Virus genome (UHGV): UHGV-0289694
Source: a virus
Length of the DNA: 25,018 nt
Strand: one strand, 5' to 3'
Below, one piece after another: positions 1 to 9,386 of the stretch. Under the pieces are notes generated by a model. The model saw only the letters and a program-made list of their open reading frames with translations. It made no database searches and was not told where the DNA came from. The number at the start of each line of letters is the position of its first letter. Positions within the stretch are counted from its first letter, which is position 1. Position numbers and translations under genes: made by a program.

Positions 1-548
1 TCAGTGCATTCATCAGAAGCGATCCTCTTATGAGATGTAGGGTGACATGGCGATGCTCATTTCGTAGCCATAATCTAAAAATATCTACATTTCTGAAAAG
101 TGCGCATAAAAGTTACATATTGTTTTCTTATTGTGATCAAAAACAACAAATTAATAACAAGTAATGTGAGGGATAAGAATTGGGTTGAAAGGAAATGAAT
201 AATTAAAACAATATATTAAGTGTGCTTATACTCTTTTTCGAACTGGTGGCATTTGTTTAAATGCTATTTAAACTGCTTTTTCAGAGTTCAACTTACTGAG
301 TTCCGTGTCGACTAATGTGAGTAAGATCAATCGCATCCAACCTATGTTACTTGATGGAATCGATAACAATATTAATGAATATACAGATTCCGGGAAGGCT
401 GGCTATGGGGGCAAATTATTCTCTTTCTGGCAACGGGTAAATAACAGTGACCATTTGTCGAGAAGCTGATACTGAGCTGAGGGATACTGTATATGTCTGG
501 ACTGTAATTGGATGAATTCTATTCAGGGCGGGTCAGGACCAATAAAAA

Positions 549-566
549 AGCCCGCATCAGCGGGCT
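549..566 (-). terminator. Intrinsic terminator hairpin in the host flank, read on the minus strand
   Basis: AGCCCGC-ATCA-GCGGGCT stem-loop (7-bp stem); the A-run on the plus strand at 544-549 is a U-tract for a leftward transcript. It lies ~130 nt downstream of the tmRNA 3' end copy in the same orientation. Confidence 0.5.
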
Positions 567-695
567 TTAATGTCATAGGGAGTCGCGACTCCGTTGCGTA
601 TCCTTTTTTGTCTCCTCACCGTCTGGTCGGTGTCCTGCTGAGACTTATAACTTCCTGTTTTTGTTGGTGTAGTCCTTACACCGTCCAATCATGAT

Positions 696-740
696 TGGTG
701 GAGCTGGCGGGAGTTGAACCCGCGTCCGAAATTCCTACAT
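696..740 (-). other. ssrA: Prophage attachment-site core: 3'-terminal ~45 nt of tmRNA (ssrA) including CCA
   Basis: Minus strand reads ATGTAGGAATTTCGGACGCGGGTTCAACTCCCGCCAGCTCCACCA, which I recognise from memory as the 3' end of enterobacterial tmRNA (T-arm, acceptor stem, CCA). Sequence further upstream on that strand (plus coordinates above 740) diverges from tmRNA, so this is a partial att copy, not a gene. Integrase lies 1.2 kb away. Confidence 0.6.
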
Positions 741-853
741 ACCATTATCACTGTAGGAAAAACAGATGTTTATATTTTAAAACAGTGGGTTAGTGTTTTC
801 CTTTGTTTGGGGGTTTTATCCATTTTTAACTCGCTGTCGCCATTTTGTCGCCA

Positions 854-1912
854 TCACATACGCATTTCATTTGAGATAGGGAGAATGTGTGTAAACAGAT
901 TTTCAAAATATAGGGCATAATCAGGGATGACGTTACCAGTATTTTTGCTTGCTAGAAAAATATTGGGGTCTTCGTCAATTAAAATATATAGTTCAATGAG
1001 AATGTTTCTTAGCCCCCAAAGCATTTGCTTAAGTTGTTTTTCATCACTATATGAGATAGTTATTGATTCTATATTATGTTTGGGATTCTCAAAAATTATT
1101 AGAAATAGATGTTCTTGGTATTTATAGTCAATCCCAAGTAATCGGCATAGTTCAATTATGTGTGATTCTATTAGTTGCAGATTAGATAATTGGATATCAT
1201 GAGTAGTATTTTTTGATGTAAGGCTTTTGTTTATTTTGTTATAAAGGTGTTTTGTTTTTTTTATGAAGCCATCTTCGACCGTGGTGCTATATCCATTATC
1301 GATTGAAGATGATTTGAATATATTTTTGTAGAGAGTGTAAGGATGAACGACAGATAATTCAATGTATTCCGTGCTTCCATCATTTTTGTTTAATCTTGAT
1401 ATTTTAAAAGCCGGTAGTGTTTTAAAAATATCCGCGTAACTTTTTAGATGTGAGTAATAAGAATCAGTTTTATTCTTTTCAATTACAAGATTGATTTGTT
1501 TTTGTGTTTTTTCAATCTGATTCTCTGTCTGAGTTGTTCTGTGTATATTATTTACTATTGATGCAAGAGGAACAGAAGAAGCTAAAATTAACAATGGTAA
1601 TTTAGAGATATCTAAGAATTGATTAAAGCCTTCTGACGTAAAATCTAAACTGTGACCTTTCCATGCCCAAAGGCCATACAAAATAAACATTTCTAACGGT
1701 ATGATAATTGAAGCTATAAATAATGGCTGCTTTAATAGGTTTTTCTCATTAAGTTTTAACCAGTTGAAATAATAGAATATAACAACCACACCAAGGATAT
1801 GAAATATGCTAAATAAAACAAAGATTCTTGGTCTATTGGTATACACTAAACCTAGTGCAATAATAATAGATATAATGGTATAGGCAATGATTGATGTTAG
1901 TTTAATTTTCAT
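854..1912 (-). CDS. Hypothetical membrane-anchored protein (about 4 N-terminal TM helices plus a ~200-aa soluble C-terminal domain); AT-rich cargo gene between int and att
   Basis: 352-aa ORF; N-terminus is hydrophobic (LTSIIAYTIISIIIALGLVY, IFVLFSIFHILGVVVIFYYF, LFIASIIIPLEMFILYGLWAW, LPLLILASSVPLASIV). Visibly more AT-rich than the neighbouring int. Start codon is 4 nt downstream of the int stop on the same strand. No family recognised. Confidence 0.6.
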   Translation of the reverse strand: MKIKLTSIIAYTIISIIIALGLVYTNRPRIFVLFSIFHILGVVVIFYYFNWLKLNEKNLLKQPLFIASIIIPLEMFILYGLWAWKGHSLDFTSEGFNQFLDISKLPLLILASSVPLASIVNNIHRTTQTENQIEKTQKQINLVIEKNKTDSYYSHLKSYADIFKTLPAFKISRLNKNDGSTEYIELSVVHPYTLYKNIFKSSSIDNGYSTTVEDGFIKKTKHLYNKINKSLTSKNTTHDIQLSNLQLIESHIIELCRLLGIDYKYQEHLFLIIFENPKHNIESITISYSDEKQLKQMLWGLRNILIELYILIDEDPNIFLASKNTGNVIPDYALYFENLFTHILPISNEMRM

Positions 1913-1916
1913 TTTG

Positions 1917-2933
1917 TTAAACCAAAGTATACAAAGGGTTTTTTGTTACAGCATCTTCAAGATGATCCGGAGAAAAGTGAGCGTAAACCATCGTCATTTT
2001 TATGTCAGCATGACCAAGAATATCTCGCAGTACCAGTATATTTCCGCCGTTCATCATAAAATGGCTGGCGAATGTATGGCGCAGTACGTGGGTGCACTGG
2101 CCCTCTGGCAACTCGATGCCGGCTCGCTTTACTGCTCGTTCAAAGGCTTTTCTACATGGCGTGAATAACTTCCCTCTGTTCTTCGGGAGTTCGTCATACA
2201 GTTCCTGTGATATCGGTACTGTTCTGTTTTTCTTGCCTTTGGTCTTTGTATAAGTAATTCGGTATTTCGATATTTGGTGACCCTGCAGGTTTTCTGCTTC
2301 ACTCCATCGTGCACCAGTAGCCAAACATATTTTTGCAATCATTAGTAGGCTGGCATTTTGAGATTCGGCGCAGGCATTAAGCAGGCGTTTGATTTCGTCC
2401 GCGGAAAGAAAAGCTAGCTCACCTTCGGCAATTTTGAAGGTCGGAAGTCCTGCCAGCGGGTTTGGTGCTGACCAGTGTCCTAGTTTTTTTAATGTACCGA
2501 ACACCGATGATAGATTGCGCTGTTCAAGGTTTACCGTGCGGGGCTTAACGGGCGACATAAGCGTGCCATCTTCATTTCGTACTTCACCTTTTAACCGTGC
2601 TTCACGGTATTTCGTAAAGTCACCAGCTGTCAGTTCTGAGGCGATGGGATCGCCTAGACCATTACAGATAATTCTAAGTTTCGCCATGAGGCGCTTGGGG
2701 TCTGCGAGTGTTTGACCATACAGGGAATACCACTGCTCAATTAATTCTGATAGGTGTCGCCGATCTTCCTTTTCCCCCAGCCATGGTTTTTTGTTCACTT
2801 CTTCCATTGTGAAGCTTTCAAAAGCAATGGCTTCGCCTTTCGTAGCAAATTGCTTACGCACGCGCTTGCCATTGCGTCCATTGGGATAGCACTCGCACAA
2901 CCATTTACCGTTTGGCTGTTTTCTGACAGTCAT
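1917..2933 (-). CDS. int: Phage integrase, tyrosine recombinase (P2/186 type)
   Basis: 338 aa; C-terminal catalytic region VLRHTFASHF...LGHADIKMTMVYAHF carries the H-x-x-R and catalytic Tyr signature of tyrosine recombinases; sits next to att and the repressor. Confidence 0.95.
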   Translation of the reverse strand: MTVRKQPNGKWLCECYPNGRNGKRVRKQFATKGEAIAFESFTMEEVNKKPWLGEKEDRRHLSELIEQWYSLYGQTLADPKRLMAKLRIICNGLGDPIASELTAGDFTKYREARLKGEVRNEDGTLMSPVKPRTVNLEQRNLSSVFGTLKKLGHWSAPNPLAGLPTFKIAEGELAFLSADEIKRLLNACAESQNASLLMIAKICLATGARWSEAENLQGHQISKYRITYTKTKGKKNRTVPISQELYDELPKNRGKLFTPCRKAFERAVKRAGIELPEGQCTHVLRHTFASHFMMNGGNILVLRDILGHADIKMTMVYAHFSPDHLEDAVTKNPLYTLV

Positions 2934-2935
2934 GT

Positions 2936-3568
2936 TTAGATACTCTTTATTACTTTGACTGCACGCCCAATAACTTCCACATCATCAGCAGAGCACTCGA
3001 AAGACGCTTCATCTTGATTTACTACAATTTTATTGCCGGGAATCCGCATGATTTTTGCAATAATAATCATTCCATCAATATTGATAAGCCAGAATCCATT
3101 GCTGACTTGTTTAACTGATTTATCGATGAGATAACAATCAGTAGGGGTTTCTAAGAACATCGATTCTTCATAATCTGCAGGTAATATGCTGTGGTCTAGG
3201 AAAATCTCTTCATCAATACTGAGTTGCCCATTTTCCAAGGTTCCTTTAGGAATAGATGGAGTTATGAGTTTGGATAACGGTTTAATTGCTTGTTTGTTCT
3301 CGTTATGAGATCTTTTCTCAGACTCGTATCCTTCTTTCATGCTTCCCTGTCCTGTGGCTAACCAAAGTAACGAAACACCGGTTTCTAGTGCACACTGAAT
3401 TATCCAGTCAGCAGGAAAGCTGTCACGTAACACTCTGTTTGCCATAGTACTTTTTGAGACATTCAGGTGCTCGCTTAATGCCTGCTTAGTTGTGAATCCA
3501 TAAGCCTTAAGCAGCCTCTCAATAGCTGCCTTACCTCCCGTATCGGAACCCATTCTGATGTTTAACAT
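2936..3568 (-). CDS. cI: Immunity repressor CI, 186-type (N-terminal HTH plus C-terminal domain)
   Basis: 210 aa; N-terminal GGKAAIERLLKAYGFTTKQALSEHLNVSKSTMANRV resembles the phage CI repressor N-terminal HTH domain; immediately upstream of int on the same strand and divergent from apl/cII. GGAG Shine-Dalgarno 8 nt before the ATG at 3568. Confidence 0.85.
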   Translation of the reverse strand: MLNIRMGSDTGGKAAIERLLKAYGFTTKQALSEHLNVSKSTMANRVLRDSFPADWIIQCALETGVSLLWLATGQGSMKEGYESEKRSHNENKQAIKPLSKLITPSIPKGTLENGQLSIDEEIFLDHSILPADYEESMFLETPTDCYLIDKSVKQVSNGFWLINIDGMIIIAKIMRIPGNKIVVNQDEASFECSADDVEVIGRAVKVIKSI

Positions 3569-3581
3569 TGGTAATCTCCAT

Positions 3582-3610
3582 TTGACAATCTTGAATCAAG
3601 ATCGTAATGT
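3582..3610 (+). promoter_or_regulatory. Putative early lytic promoter pR (TTGACA -17- TAATGT) with embedded operator palindrome ATCTTGA-A-TCAAGAT
   Basis: -35 TTGACA at 3582-3587, 17-nt spacer, -10 TAATGT at 3605-3610, reading toward apl/cII. A perfect 7-1-7 inverted repeat at 3588-3602 fills the spacer, a likely repressor/Apl binding site. Confidence 0.5.
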
Positions 3611-3689
3611 CTTCATGTCTCTTGATATGAGAGTTAAAGAGACGGGCTAAAACGAACTAACACGCACACAAAGTAAGAGATACTGCACT

Positions 3690-3932
3690 ATGAGTACTGA
3701 TATTTCAATTCGTGTACCAAAAGAGATGGCTACGCCTGCAGAGTTCGCAGAGTGGGAGGGCATTTCCCGTGGCTCTGTTTACCAAAAAATTCACCATGGT
3801 CAACTTGCTAAGTACATGGTCAAGAAAGAAAAAAATAAAGGCCGCGTAAGCCTTCGTTATCTGATGTACAAAACTGATCAGGTCCGTGAATCCCTCGGTC
3901 ATTCCAACTTCCGCGTCATTGTTGGTAAGTAA
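3690..3932 (+). CDS. apl: Apl/Cox-like excisionase / transcriptional regulator
   Basis: 80 aa basic protein, first gene of the rightward operon, divergent from cI; position and size match 186 Apl / P2 Cox. Confidence 0.7.
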   Translation: MSTDISIRVPKEMATPAEFAEWEGISRGSVYQKIHHGQLAKYMVKKEKNKGRVSLRYLMYKTDQVRESLGHSNFRVIVGK

Positions 3933-3964
3933 GTTCAATTATGGGAACTTTCTAAGGGGGCACC

Positions 3965-4474
3965 ATGTTTGATTACAAGATTTCCAAACATCCGCATTTC
4001 GATGAAGCCTGTAGGGCTTTTGCACTGCGTCACAACCTGGTGCAACTGGCAGAACGTGCAGGCATGAATGTGCAGATTCTGCGGAACAAGCTGAACCCAG
4101 CTCAGCCTCATTTATTAACCGCACCAGAAATTTGGTTGCTTACCGATCTGACTGAAGATTCAACGCTGGTAGATGGTTTTCTGGCACAGATTCATTGTCT
4201 GCCATGTGTTCCGATTAATGAGGTGGCAAAAGAGAAACTGCCACATTACGTCATGAGTGCAACCGCAGAGATCGGGCGTGTTGCTGCTGGTGCGGTATCT
4301 GGCGATGTAAAAACCAGTGCAGGTCGTCGTGATGCTATCAGCAGTATTAACTCTGTAACACGACTGATGGCGCTGGCTGCTGTTTCATTGCAGGCTCGTT
4401 TACAGGCTAACCCTGCGATGGCGAGTGCAGTTGATACCGTGACTGGCCTTGGTGCTTCATTCGGTTTGCTGTGA
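3965..4474 (+). CDS. cII: CII-like lysogeny establishment regulator (186 CII type)
   Basis: 169 aa; the sequence [45 protein letters not shown]... closely resembles 186 CII as I recall it (HTH near the N-terminus); position directly after apl. Confidence 0.8.
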   Translation: MFDYKISKHPHFDEACRAFALRHNLVQLAERAGMNVQILRNKLNPAQPHLLTAPEIWLLTDLTEDSTLVDGFLAQIHCLPCVPINEVAKEKLPHYVMSATAEIGRVAAGAVSGDVKTSAGRRDAISSINSVTRLMALAAVSLQARLQANPAMASAVDTVTGLGASFGLL

Positions 4475-4481
4475 GGTGCTT

Positions 4482-4778
4482 ATGCTTACGAAAGAACCAT
4501 CATTTGCATCGCTGCTGGTTAAACAAAGCCCGGCAATGCACTACGGTCACGGCTGGATCATGGGAGAGGATGGTAAACGCTGGCATCCATGTCATTCACA
4601 AGATGAATTGCTGTCTGAATTGACCACGAGGAAATGGAGAAAGTCCAAATGTATGCGGCAGAAAGTGAAGTGGTTTATCAGTTTCGTTACAGAGGGGAGA
4701 GTTATTCAGTACCTGAAGATGATTTGCTCTGTTGCTATCCGTCGTTGTCGGGCGATGGTAGCTACTTTTTCACGCTAA
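4482..4778 (+). CDS. Hypothetical early protein (Fil/Dhr position); frame overlaps the next ORF
   Basis: ATG at 4482 preceded by GAGGTG; the N-terminal half looks protein-like but the C-terminal half is Cys/Arg-rich and overlaps 4649..4873 in another frame; the true end is uncertain. Confidence 0.3.
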   Translation: MLTKEPSFASLLVKQSPAMHYGHGWIMGEDGKRWHPCHSQDELLSELTTRKWRKSKCMRQKVKWFISFVTEGRVIQYLKMICSVAIRRCRAMVATFSR

Positions 4779-4873
4779 AGGATGGAACCTTTATACGTGG
4801 TGAAAAAGTACAAGAAGTGATGCGTATAAAGACATCACCTCTTGAACGTTATCGGCGAAATATTTATCGGTAA
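4649..4873 (+). CDS. Hypothetical early protein
   Basis: ATG at 4649 with GGAG 8 nt upstream; 74 aa of ordinary composition; overlaps the preceding ORF. Confidence 0.35.
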   Translation: MYAAESEVVYQFRYRGESYSVPEDDLLCCYPSLSGDGSYFFTLKDGTFIRGEKVQEVMRIKTSPLERYRRNIYR

Positions 4874-5112
4874 CGATCTATCAGTGTCTGTATCAGATGA
4901 GTGAATTCTTGTTGTTTAACCGAACCTAAAGGAAGTTTGTTTAATTCTTCGCGGAGGAGCTCAAAAAATGCAGATTGATTTGCTGAGTCAGTTCGAAATA
5001 AGGAGTGGATCAGACCTGAAACAAGAATTCGTTGAACAGCAAGCTCATCGCGAAGACTGGAGATCTCGTTTTCAAGTTGCTCTAAACGCTCTCTTTCAAC
5101 CGGGTTCAACAT
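4864..5112 (-). CDS. Hypothetical small coiled-coil protein on the opposite strand within the early operon
   Basis: 82 aa with heptad-like Leu/Glu pattern (LEQLENEISSLRDELAVQRIL); AGGAA 7 nt upstream of the ATG on the minus strand; lies in an AT-rich patch. It competes with plus-strand ORF 4968..5204, which has a GGAGG RBS. Confidence 0.35.
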   Translation of the reverse strand: MLNPVERERLEQLENEISSLRDELAVQRILVSGLIHSLFRTDSANQSAFFELLREELNKLPLGSVKQQEFTHLIQTLIDRYR

Positions 5113-5193
5113 TGATGATTCCTTCTAGCTATCAATATGTTGGTAATGGATCATATCAAAAAATTTTTAGTAGATGTGTTGTGGGATGCATAA

Positions 5194-5535
5194 ATGGCTA
5201 TTGAAGGCGCTGCGGCGACTGTTCCATTAAGCCCCGGCGAACGCCTGAATGGACTTAATCACATTGCGGAGTTAAGGGCGAAAGTATTTGGCCTGAATAT
5301 TGAGTCAGAGCTTGAGCGGTTTATTAAAGATATGCGTGATCCACGGGATATCAATAATGAACAAAATAAACGGGCACTGGCTGCTATATTCTTTATGGCA
5401 AAAATTCCAGCTGAACGTCATAGCATCAGCATTAATGAGCTGACCACTGACGAAAAGCGGGAGCTGATTAAAGCAATGAATCATTTTCGTGCAGTGGTGA
5501 GCTTATTTCCCAGACGGCTAACCATGCCGAATTAA
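5194..5535 (+). CDS. Hypothetical early-region protein
   Basis: 113-aa ORF in the rightward early operon; no motif recognised. Confidence 0.5.
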   Translation: MAIEGAAATVPLSPGERLNGLNHIAELRAKVFGLNIESELERFIKDMRDPRDINNEQNKRALAAIFFMAKIPAERHSISINELTTDEKRELIKAMNHFRAVVSLFPRRLTMPN

Positions 5536-5602
5536 CCAACTAATGAAATCAATGGCGTAAACCCGCCGGGCATCCCTTTATCTAAATTCAGGAGAATTGA
5601 TT

Positions 5603-5836
5603 ATGCGTAATATTGAAACCCTCACGACTAAAACCGGACCGGATGATGCAGGGCTTAATATTTTACTGACAGAGGCTCGTCTGGAAGAACGCCGGGCAAG
5701 GGCTGAAGCAATGGCAGCTCGCCTTGATAGCCTGGCGTGTCATATCTCATCCCGCCAGCTAAACCACGTCGAAGTAGCAGAACTGCTGCGTGTGACCGCT
5801 GAAGCAATCCAGAACGAAGCGCAGGAGATCCACTAA
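5603..5836 (+). CDS. Hypothetical early-region protein
   Basis: ATG at 5603 with AGGAG 8 nt upstream; stop overlaps the start of the next gene (TAATG). Confidence 0.55.
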   Translation: MRNIETLTTKTGPDDAGLNILLTEARLEERRARAEAMAARLDSLACHISSRQLNHVEVAELLRVTAEAIQNEAQEIH

Positions 5837-6063
5837 TGGCTGATGCAATGGATCTCGTACAGCAGCGCGTTGAAGAAGAACGCCAGCGCCACATCCGTGC
5901 TGCCCGTGCCAAAACGCCGGGCGTGTCCCGCGTGCTTTGCGTTGAGTGTGAAGCGCCAATTCCGCCAGCACGCCGCCGTGCCATTCCGGGTGTGCAACTT
6001 TGCATTACCTGTCAGGAAATCGCAGAGCTGAAAGGCAAACATTACAACGGAGGTGCTGTATGA
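5836..6063 (+). CDS. TraR/DksA-family C4 zinc-finger protein
   Basis: 75 aa; CVEC-x17-CITC four-cysteine motif near the C-terminus, typical of phage TraR/DksA-like proteins; start/stop overlap with both neighbours. Confidence 0.8.
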   Translation: MADAMDLVQQRVEEERQRHIRAARAKTPGVSRVLCVECEAPIPPARRRAIPGVQLCITCQEIAELKGKHYNGGAV

Positions 6064-6917
6064 GCACCATCCTGAAATGGGCGGGAAATAAAACCGCCAT
6101 TATGTTCGAACTGAAAAAACATCTTCCTGCTGGTCCGCGACTGGTTGAACCTTTCGCGGGTTCCTGTGCAGTGATGATGGAGACGGATTACCCCAGCTAT
6201 CTTGTTGCGGATATTAATCCTGATTTAATCAACCTCTATAAAAAGGTTGCTGCTGATTGTGAGGCGTTTATATCTCGTGCCAGAGCTTTATTTGAGGAAG
6301 CAAACAGAGAGGTGGCTTATTACAACATAAGGCAGGAGTTTAATTACTCCACTGAAATTACTGATTTCATGAAAGCGGTATATTTTCTGTATCTCAATCG
6401 TCACGGTTACCGTGGTTTATGTCGCTATAACAAGAGCGGGCATTTCAACATTCCCTACGGTAATTATAAAAATCCGTATTTCCCTGAAAAAGAAATTCGC
6501 GCATTTGCAGAAAAAGCCCAGCGAGCAACGTTTATCTGCGCCAGCTTTGATGAAACGCTGGCGATGTTGAAGGCGGGGGATGTGGTGTATTGCGATCCGC
6601 CGTATGACGGTACGTTTTCCGGCTATCACACTGATGGTTTCACTGAAGATGACCAGTATCACCTGGCATCCGTTCTTGAACATCGGTCATCAGAAGGACA
6701 TCCGGTCATTGTTTCTAACAGTGACACATCCCTGATCCGTTCGCTGTATCGCAATTTTACTCACCACTATATCAAGGTAAAACGCAGCATCGGTGTGGCA
6801 GCTGGCGAGGGTAAATCAGCAACAGAAATCATTGCTGTTTCCGGGCCGCGCTGCTGGGTGGGATTTGATTATTCGCGTGGCGTGGATAGTTCTGCCGTGT
6901 ACGGAGTACGTGCATGA
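6060..6917 (+). CDS. dam: DNA adenine methyltransferase (Dam-like, N6-adenine)
   Basis: N-terminal ILKWAGNK...EPFAGSCAV (AdoMet-binding motif I) and the DPPY catalytic motif ([10 protein letters not shown]); GGAGG RBS; ATGA overlaps with TraR-like upstream and gene A downstream. Confidence 0.9.
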   Translation: MSTILKWAGNKTAIMFELKKHLPAGPRLVEPFAGSCAVMMETDYPSYLVADINPDLINLYKKVAADCEAFISRARALFEEANREVAYYNIRQEFNYSTEITDFMKAVYFLYLNRHGYRGLCRYNKSGHFNIPYGNYKNPYFPEKEIRAFAEKAQRATFICASFDETLAMLKAGDVVYCDPPYDGTFSGYHTDGFTEDDQYHLASVLEHRSSEGHPVIVSNSDTSLIRSLYRNFTHHYIKVKRSIGVAAGEGKSATEIIAVSGPRCWVGFDYSRGVDSSAVYGVRA

Positions 6918-9307
6918 GCCATGCCGATATGAACAACTGCTGCGGCTTTAACGAGGTTGCCGCAGCGTTCTCATGGAACAGCCCGAAAAAGGCCATTAAC
7001 CCTTATCTGGACCCGGCGGAAGTTGCGCCGGTTTCTGCGCTTTCAAACCTGATCACTCTGTACGCTGCCGATAACGAGCAGGAACAGTTGCGCCGCGAGG
7101 CACTGAGTGATCAGGTCTGGGAGCGTTATTTTTTTAATGAATCACGTGATCCTGTCCAGCACGAAATGGAGCAGGATAAGCTCATTAGCCGGGCAAAGCT
7201 GGCGCATGAGCAGCAGCGTTTTAATCCGGATATGGTCATTCTGGCGGACGTCAACGCCCAGCCTTCTCATATCAGCAAGCCGCTTATGCAACGTATTGAA
7301 TACTTCAGCAGCCTGGGCAGGCCAAAGGCTTATTCCCGCTATTTACGTGAGACGATTAAGCCATGTCTGGAACGACTGGAGCATGTACGCGACAGCCAGC
7401 TATCTGCATCTTTTCGTTTTATGGCAAGCCATGTAGGGCTGGACGGCCTGCTGATCCTGCCTGAAATGAGTCAGGATCAGGTGAAACGCCTGTCTACCCT
7501 TGTCGCTGCGCATATGAGCATGTGCCTTGATGCAGCTTGTGGTGATTTGTATGCCACCGATGACGTTAAGCCAGAAGAAATCCGCAAGACATGGGAAAAG
7601 GTGGCAGCGGAAACCCTGCGTCTGGATGTCATCCCGCCTGCGTTTGAGCAACTCCGTCGGAAAAGAAACCGCCGTAAACCCGTGCCCTATGAACTCATTC
7701 CGGGTTCGCTGGCGCGTATGTTGTGCGCCGACTGGTGGTACCGGAAATTATGGAAAATGCGTTGCGAATGGCGGGAAGAGCAGTTGCGTGCTGTCTGCCT
7801 GGTCAGCAAAAAAGCATCTCCCTATGTCAGCTATGAAGCCGTGATGCATAAACGTGAGCAGCGCCGCAAGTCACTGGAGTTTTTCCGTTCTCATGAACTG
7901 GTGAACGAAGAGGGCGACACGCTGGATATGGAAGACGTGGTAAACGCCAGCAGCAGCAACCCGGCGCACCGCCGCAATGAGATGATGGCCTGTGTTAAAG
8001 GTCTGGAGCTTATCGCGGAAATGCGCGGTGACTGCGCCGTTTTCTACACCATTACCTGTCCGTCACGTTTCCATTCCACGCTCAATAACGGCAGACCAAA
8101 CCCAACCTGGACAAATGCGACGGTAAGACAAAGCAGCGATTATCTGGTCGGCATGTTTGCTGCATTTCGTAAGGCGATGCACAAAGCCGGGTTGCGCTGG
8201 TATGGCGTGCGGGTGGCTGAGCCGCATCATGACGGTACAGTTCACTGGCACCTGTTGTGTTTCATGCGCAAAAAAGACCGCCGCGCCATTACTGCATTGT
8301 TGCGTAAATTTGCCATCCGTGAAGACCGCGAGGAACTGGGTAATAACACTGGTCCACGCTTTAAATCTGAGCTGATAAACCCGCGCAAAGGAACGCCGAC
8401 AAGCTACATCGCGAAATACATCAGTAAGAACATTGACGGGCGTGGTCTGGCTGGCGAGATCAGCAAGGAAACGGGTAAATCCCTGCGTGATAACGCTGAA
8501 TACGTTAATGCCTGGGCGTCTCTGCATCGTGTTCAGCAATTCCGCTTCTTTGGCATTCCGGGGCGTCAGGCTTACCGTGAACTGCGATTGCTGGCTGGTC
8601 AGGCGGCAAGGCAACAGGGTGACAAAAAAGCAGGTGCGCCGGTACTGGATAACCCGCGCCTTGATGCCATTCTGGCTGCAGCTGATGCTGGTTGCTATGC
8701 CACCTACATCATGAAGCAGGGCGGCGTACTGGTTCCCCGTAAATATCACCTCATCAGAACCGCTTATGAAATCAACGAAGAGCCGACCGCCTATGGCGAT
8801 CACAGTATTCGTATTTATGGCATCTGGTCACCCATTGCAGAGGGCAAGATCTGCACTCATGCAGTGAAGTGGAAAATGGTTCGTAAGGCCGTTGACGTTC
8901 AGGAGGCGGCAGCCGACCAGGGCGCTTGCGCCCCTTGGACTCGTGGCAATAACTGTCCCCCTGTTGAAAATTTGAACCAGACAGGGGGGGAGCTGCCCGA
9001 TATTAAAACCATGAATGAGCAGGAACTGCAGGATTACCTACACAATATGGGCCAGAAGGAACGCCGGGAGCTGACAGCCAGGTTGAGACTGGTAAAACCG
9101 AAGCGGAAAAAAGCATACATACAGAGTATTTCGGAGCAACAGCGCCTGCAGCTTGAGGCAGAACTCAGCTCCCGGGGATTTAATGCAAGCGATGCTGAAG
9201 TGGATCTACTTTTACGTGGCGGCAGCATTCCGTCAGGTGCCGGGCTGCGTATTTTTTACCGCAAACACCGGCTGCAGGAAGATGACAAATGGCGGCAGTG
9301 GTACTGA
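6914..9307 (+). CDS. A: Rolling-circle replication initiator (P2 gpA-like HUH endonuclease)
   Basis: 797 aa; HUH-type motif VHWHLLCF and active-site tyrosine motif [12 protein letters not shown]; size and position match P2 A / 186 A. Confidence 0.9.
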   Translation: MSHADMNNCCGFNEVAAAFSWNSPKKAINPYLDPAEVAPVSALSNLITLYAADNEQEQLRREALSDQVWERYFFNESRDPVQHEMEQDKLISRAKLAHEQQRFNPDMVILADVNAQPSHISKPLMQRIEYFSSLGRPKAYSRYLRETIKPCLERLEHVRDSQLSASFRFMASHVGLDGLLILPEMSQDQVKRLSTLVAAHMSMCLDAACGDLYATDDVKPEEIRKTWEKVAAETLRLDVIPPAFEQLRRKRNRRKPVPYELIPGSLARMLCADWWYRKLWKMRCEWREEQLRAVCLVSKKASPYVSYEAVMHKREQRRKSLEFFRSHELVNEEGDTLDMEDVVNASSSNPAHRRNEMMACVKGLELIAEMRGDCAVFYTITCPSRFHSTLNNGRPNPTWTNATVRQSSDYLVGMFAAFRKAMHKAGLRWYGVRVAEPHHDGTVHWHLLCFMRKKDRRAITALLRKFAIREDREELGNNTGPRFKSELINPRKGTPTSYIAKYISKNIDGRGLAGEISKETGKSLRDNAEYVNAWASLHRVQQFRFFGIPGRQAYRELRLLAGQAARQQGDKKAGAPVLDNPRLDAILAAADAGCYATYIMKQGGVLVPRKYHLIRTAYEINEEPTAYGDHSIRIYGIWSPIAEGKICTHAVKWKMVRKAVDVQEAAADQGACAPWTRGNNCPPVENLNQTGGELPDIKTMNEQELQDYLHNMGQKERRELTARLRLVKPKRKKAYIQSISEQQRLQLEAELSSRGFNASDAEVDLLLRGGSIPSGAGLRIFYRKHRLQEDDKWRQWY

Positions 9308-9386
9308 CAGCAAGGCTTTAACAATTCATGCTCTTAACGACTCTGCGCCAGAGTGTTCTCATTGACGGATAAAAAATATTTTACAT

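Noticed and set aside
696-740. Possible complete tmRNA or tRNA gene
   Set aside because: Only the 3' ~45 nt matches; sequence further 5' on the minus strand is AT-rich phage cargo and diverges from tmRNA, so this is an att-core copy, not a functional RNA gene.
512-1127. Short plus-strand ORFs (60-68 aa) in the host flank and across the att core
   Set aside because: One spans the tmRNA-derived att core and another overlaps the minus-strand membrane gene; no RBS; more plausibly non-coding.
2389-2715. 108-aa plus-strand ORF within int
   Set aside because: Antisense to integrase; Ser/Arg/Pro-rich; no RBS.
3671-3710. Candidate leftward pL promoter for cI-int facing pR (TTGAAA -17- CAGTAT on the minus strand)
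   Set aside because: The -10 match is weak and the element overlaps the apl start; a face-to-face pL is expected from 186 biology but this placement is too uncertain to annotate.
8063-8803. 246-aa ORF on the minus strand inside replication gene A
   Set aside because: Fully antisense to a well-supported 797-aa gene; composition typical of GC-rich antisense frames; no RBS or promoter context.
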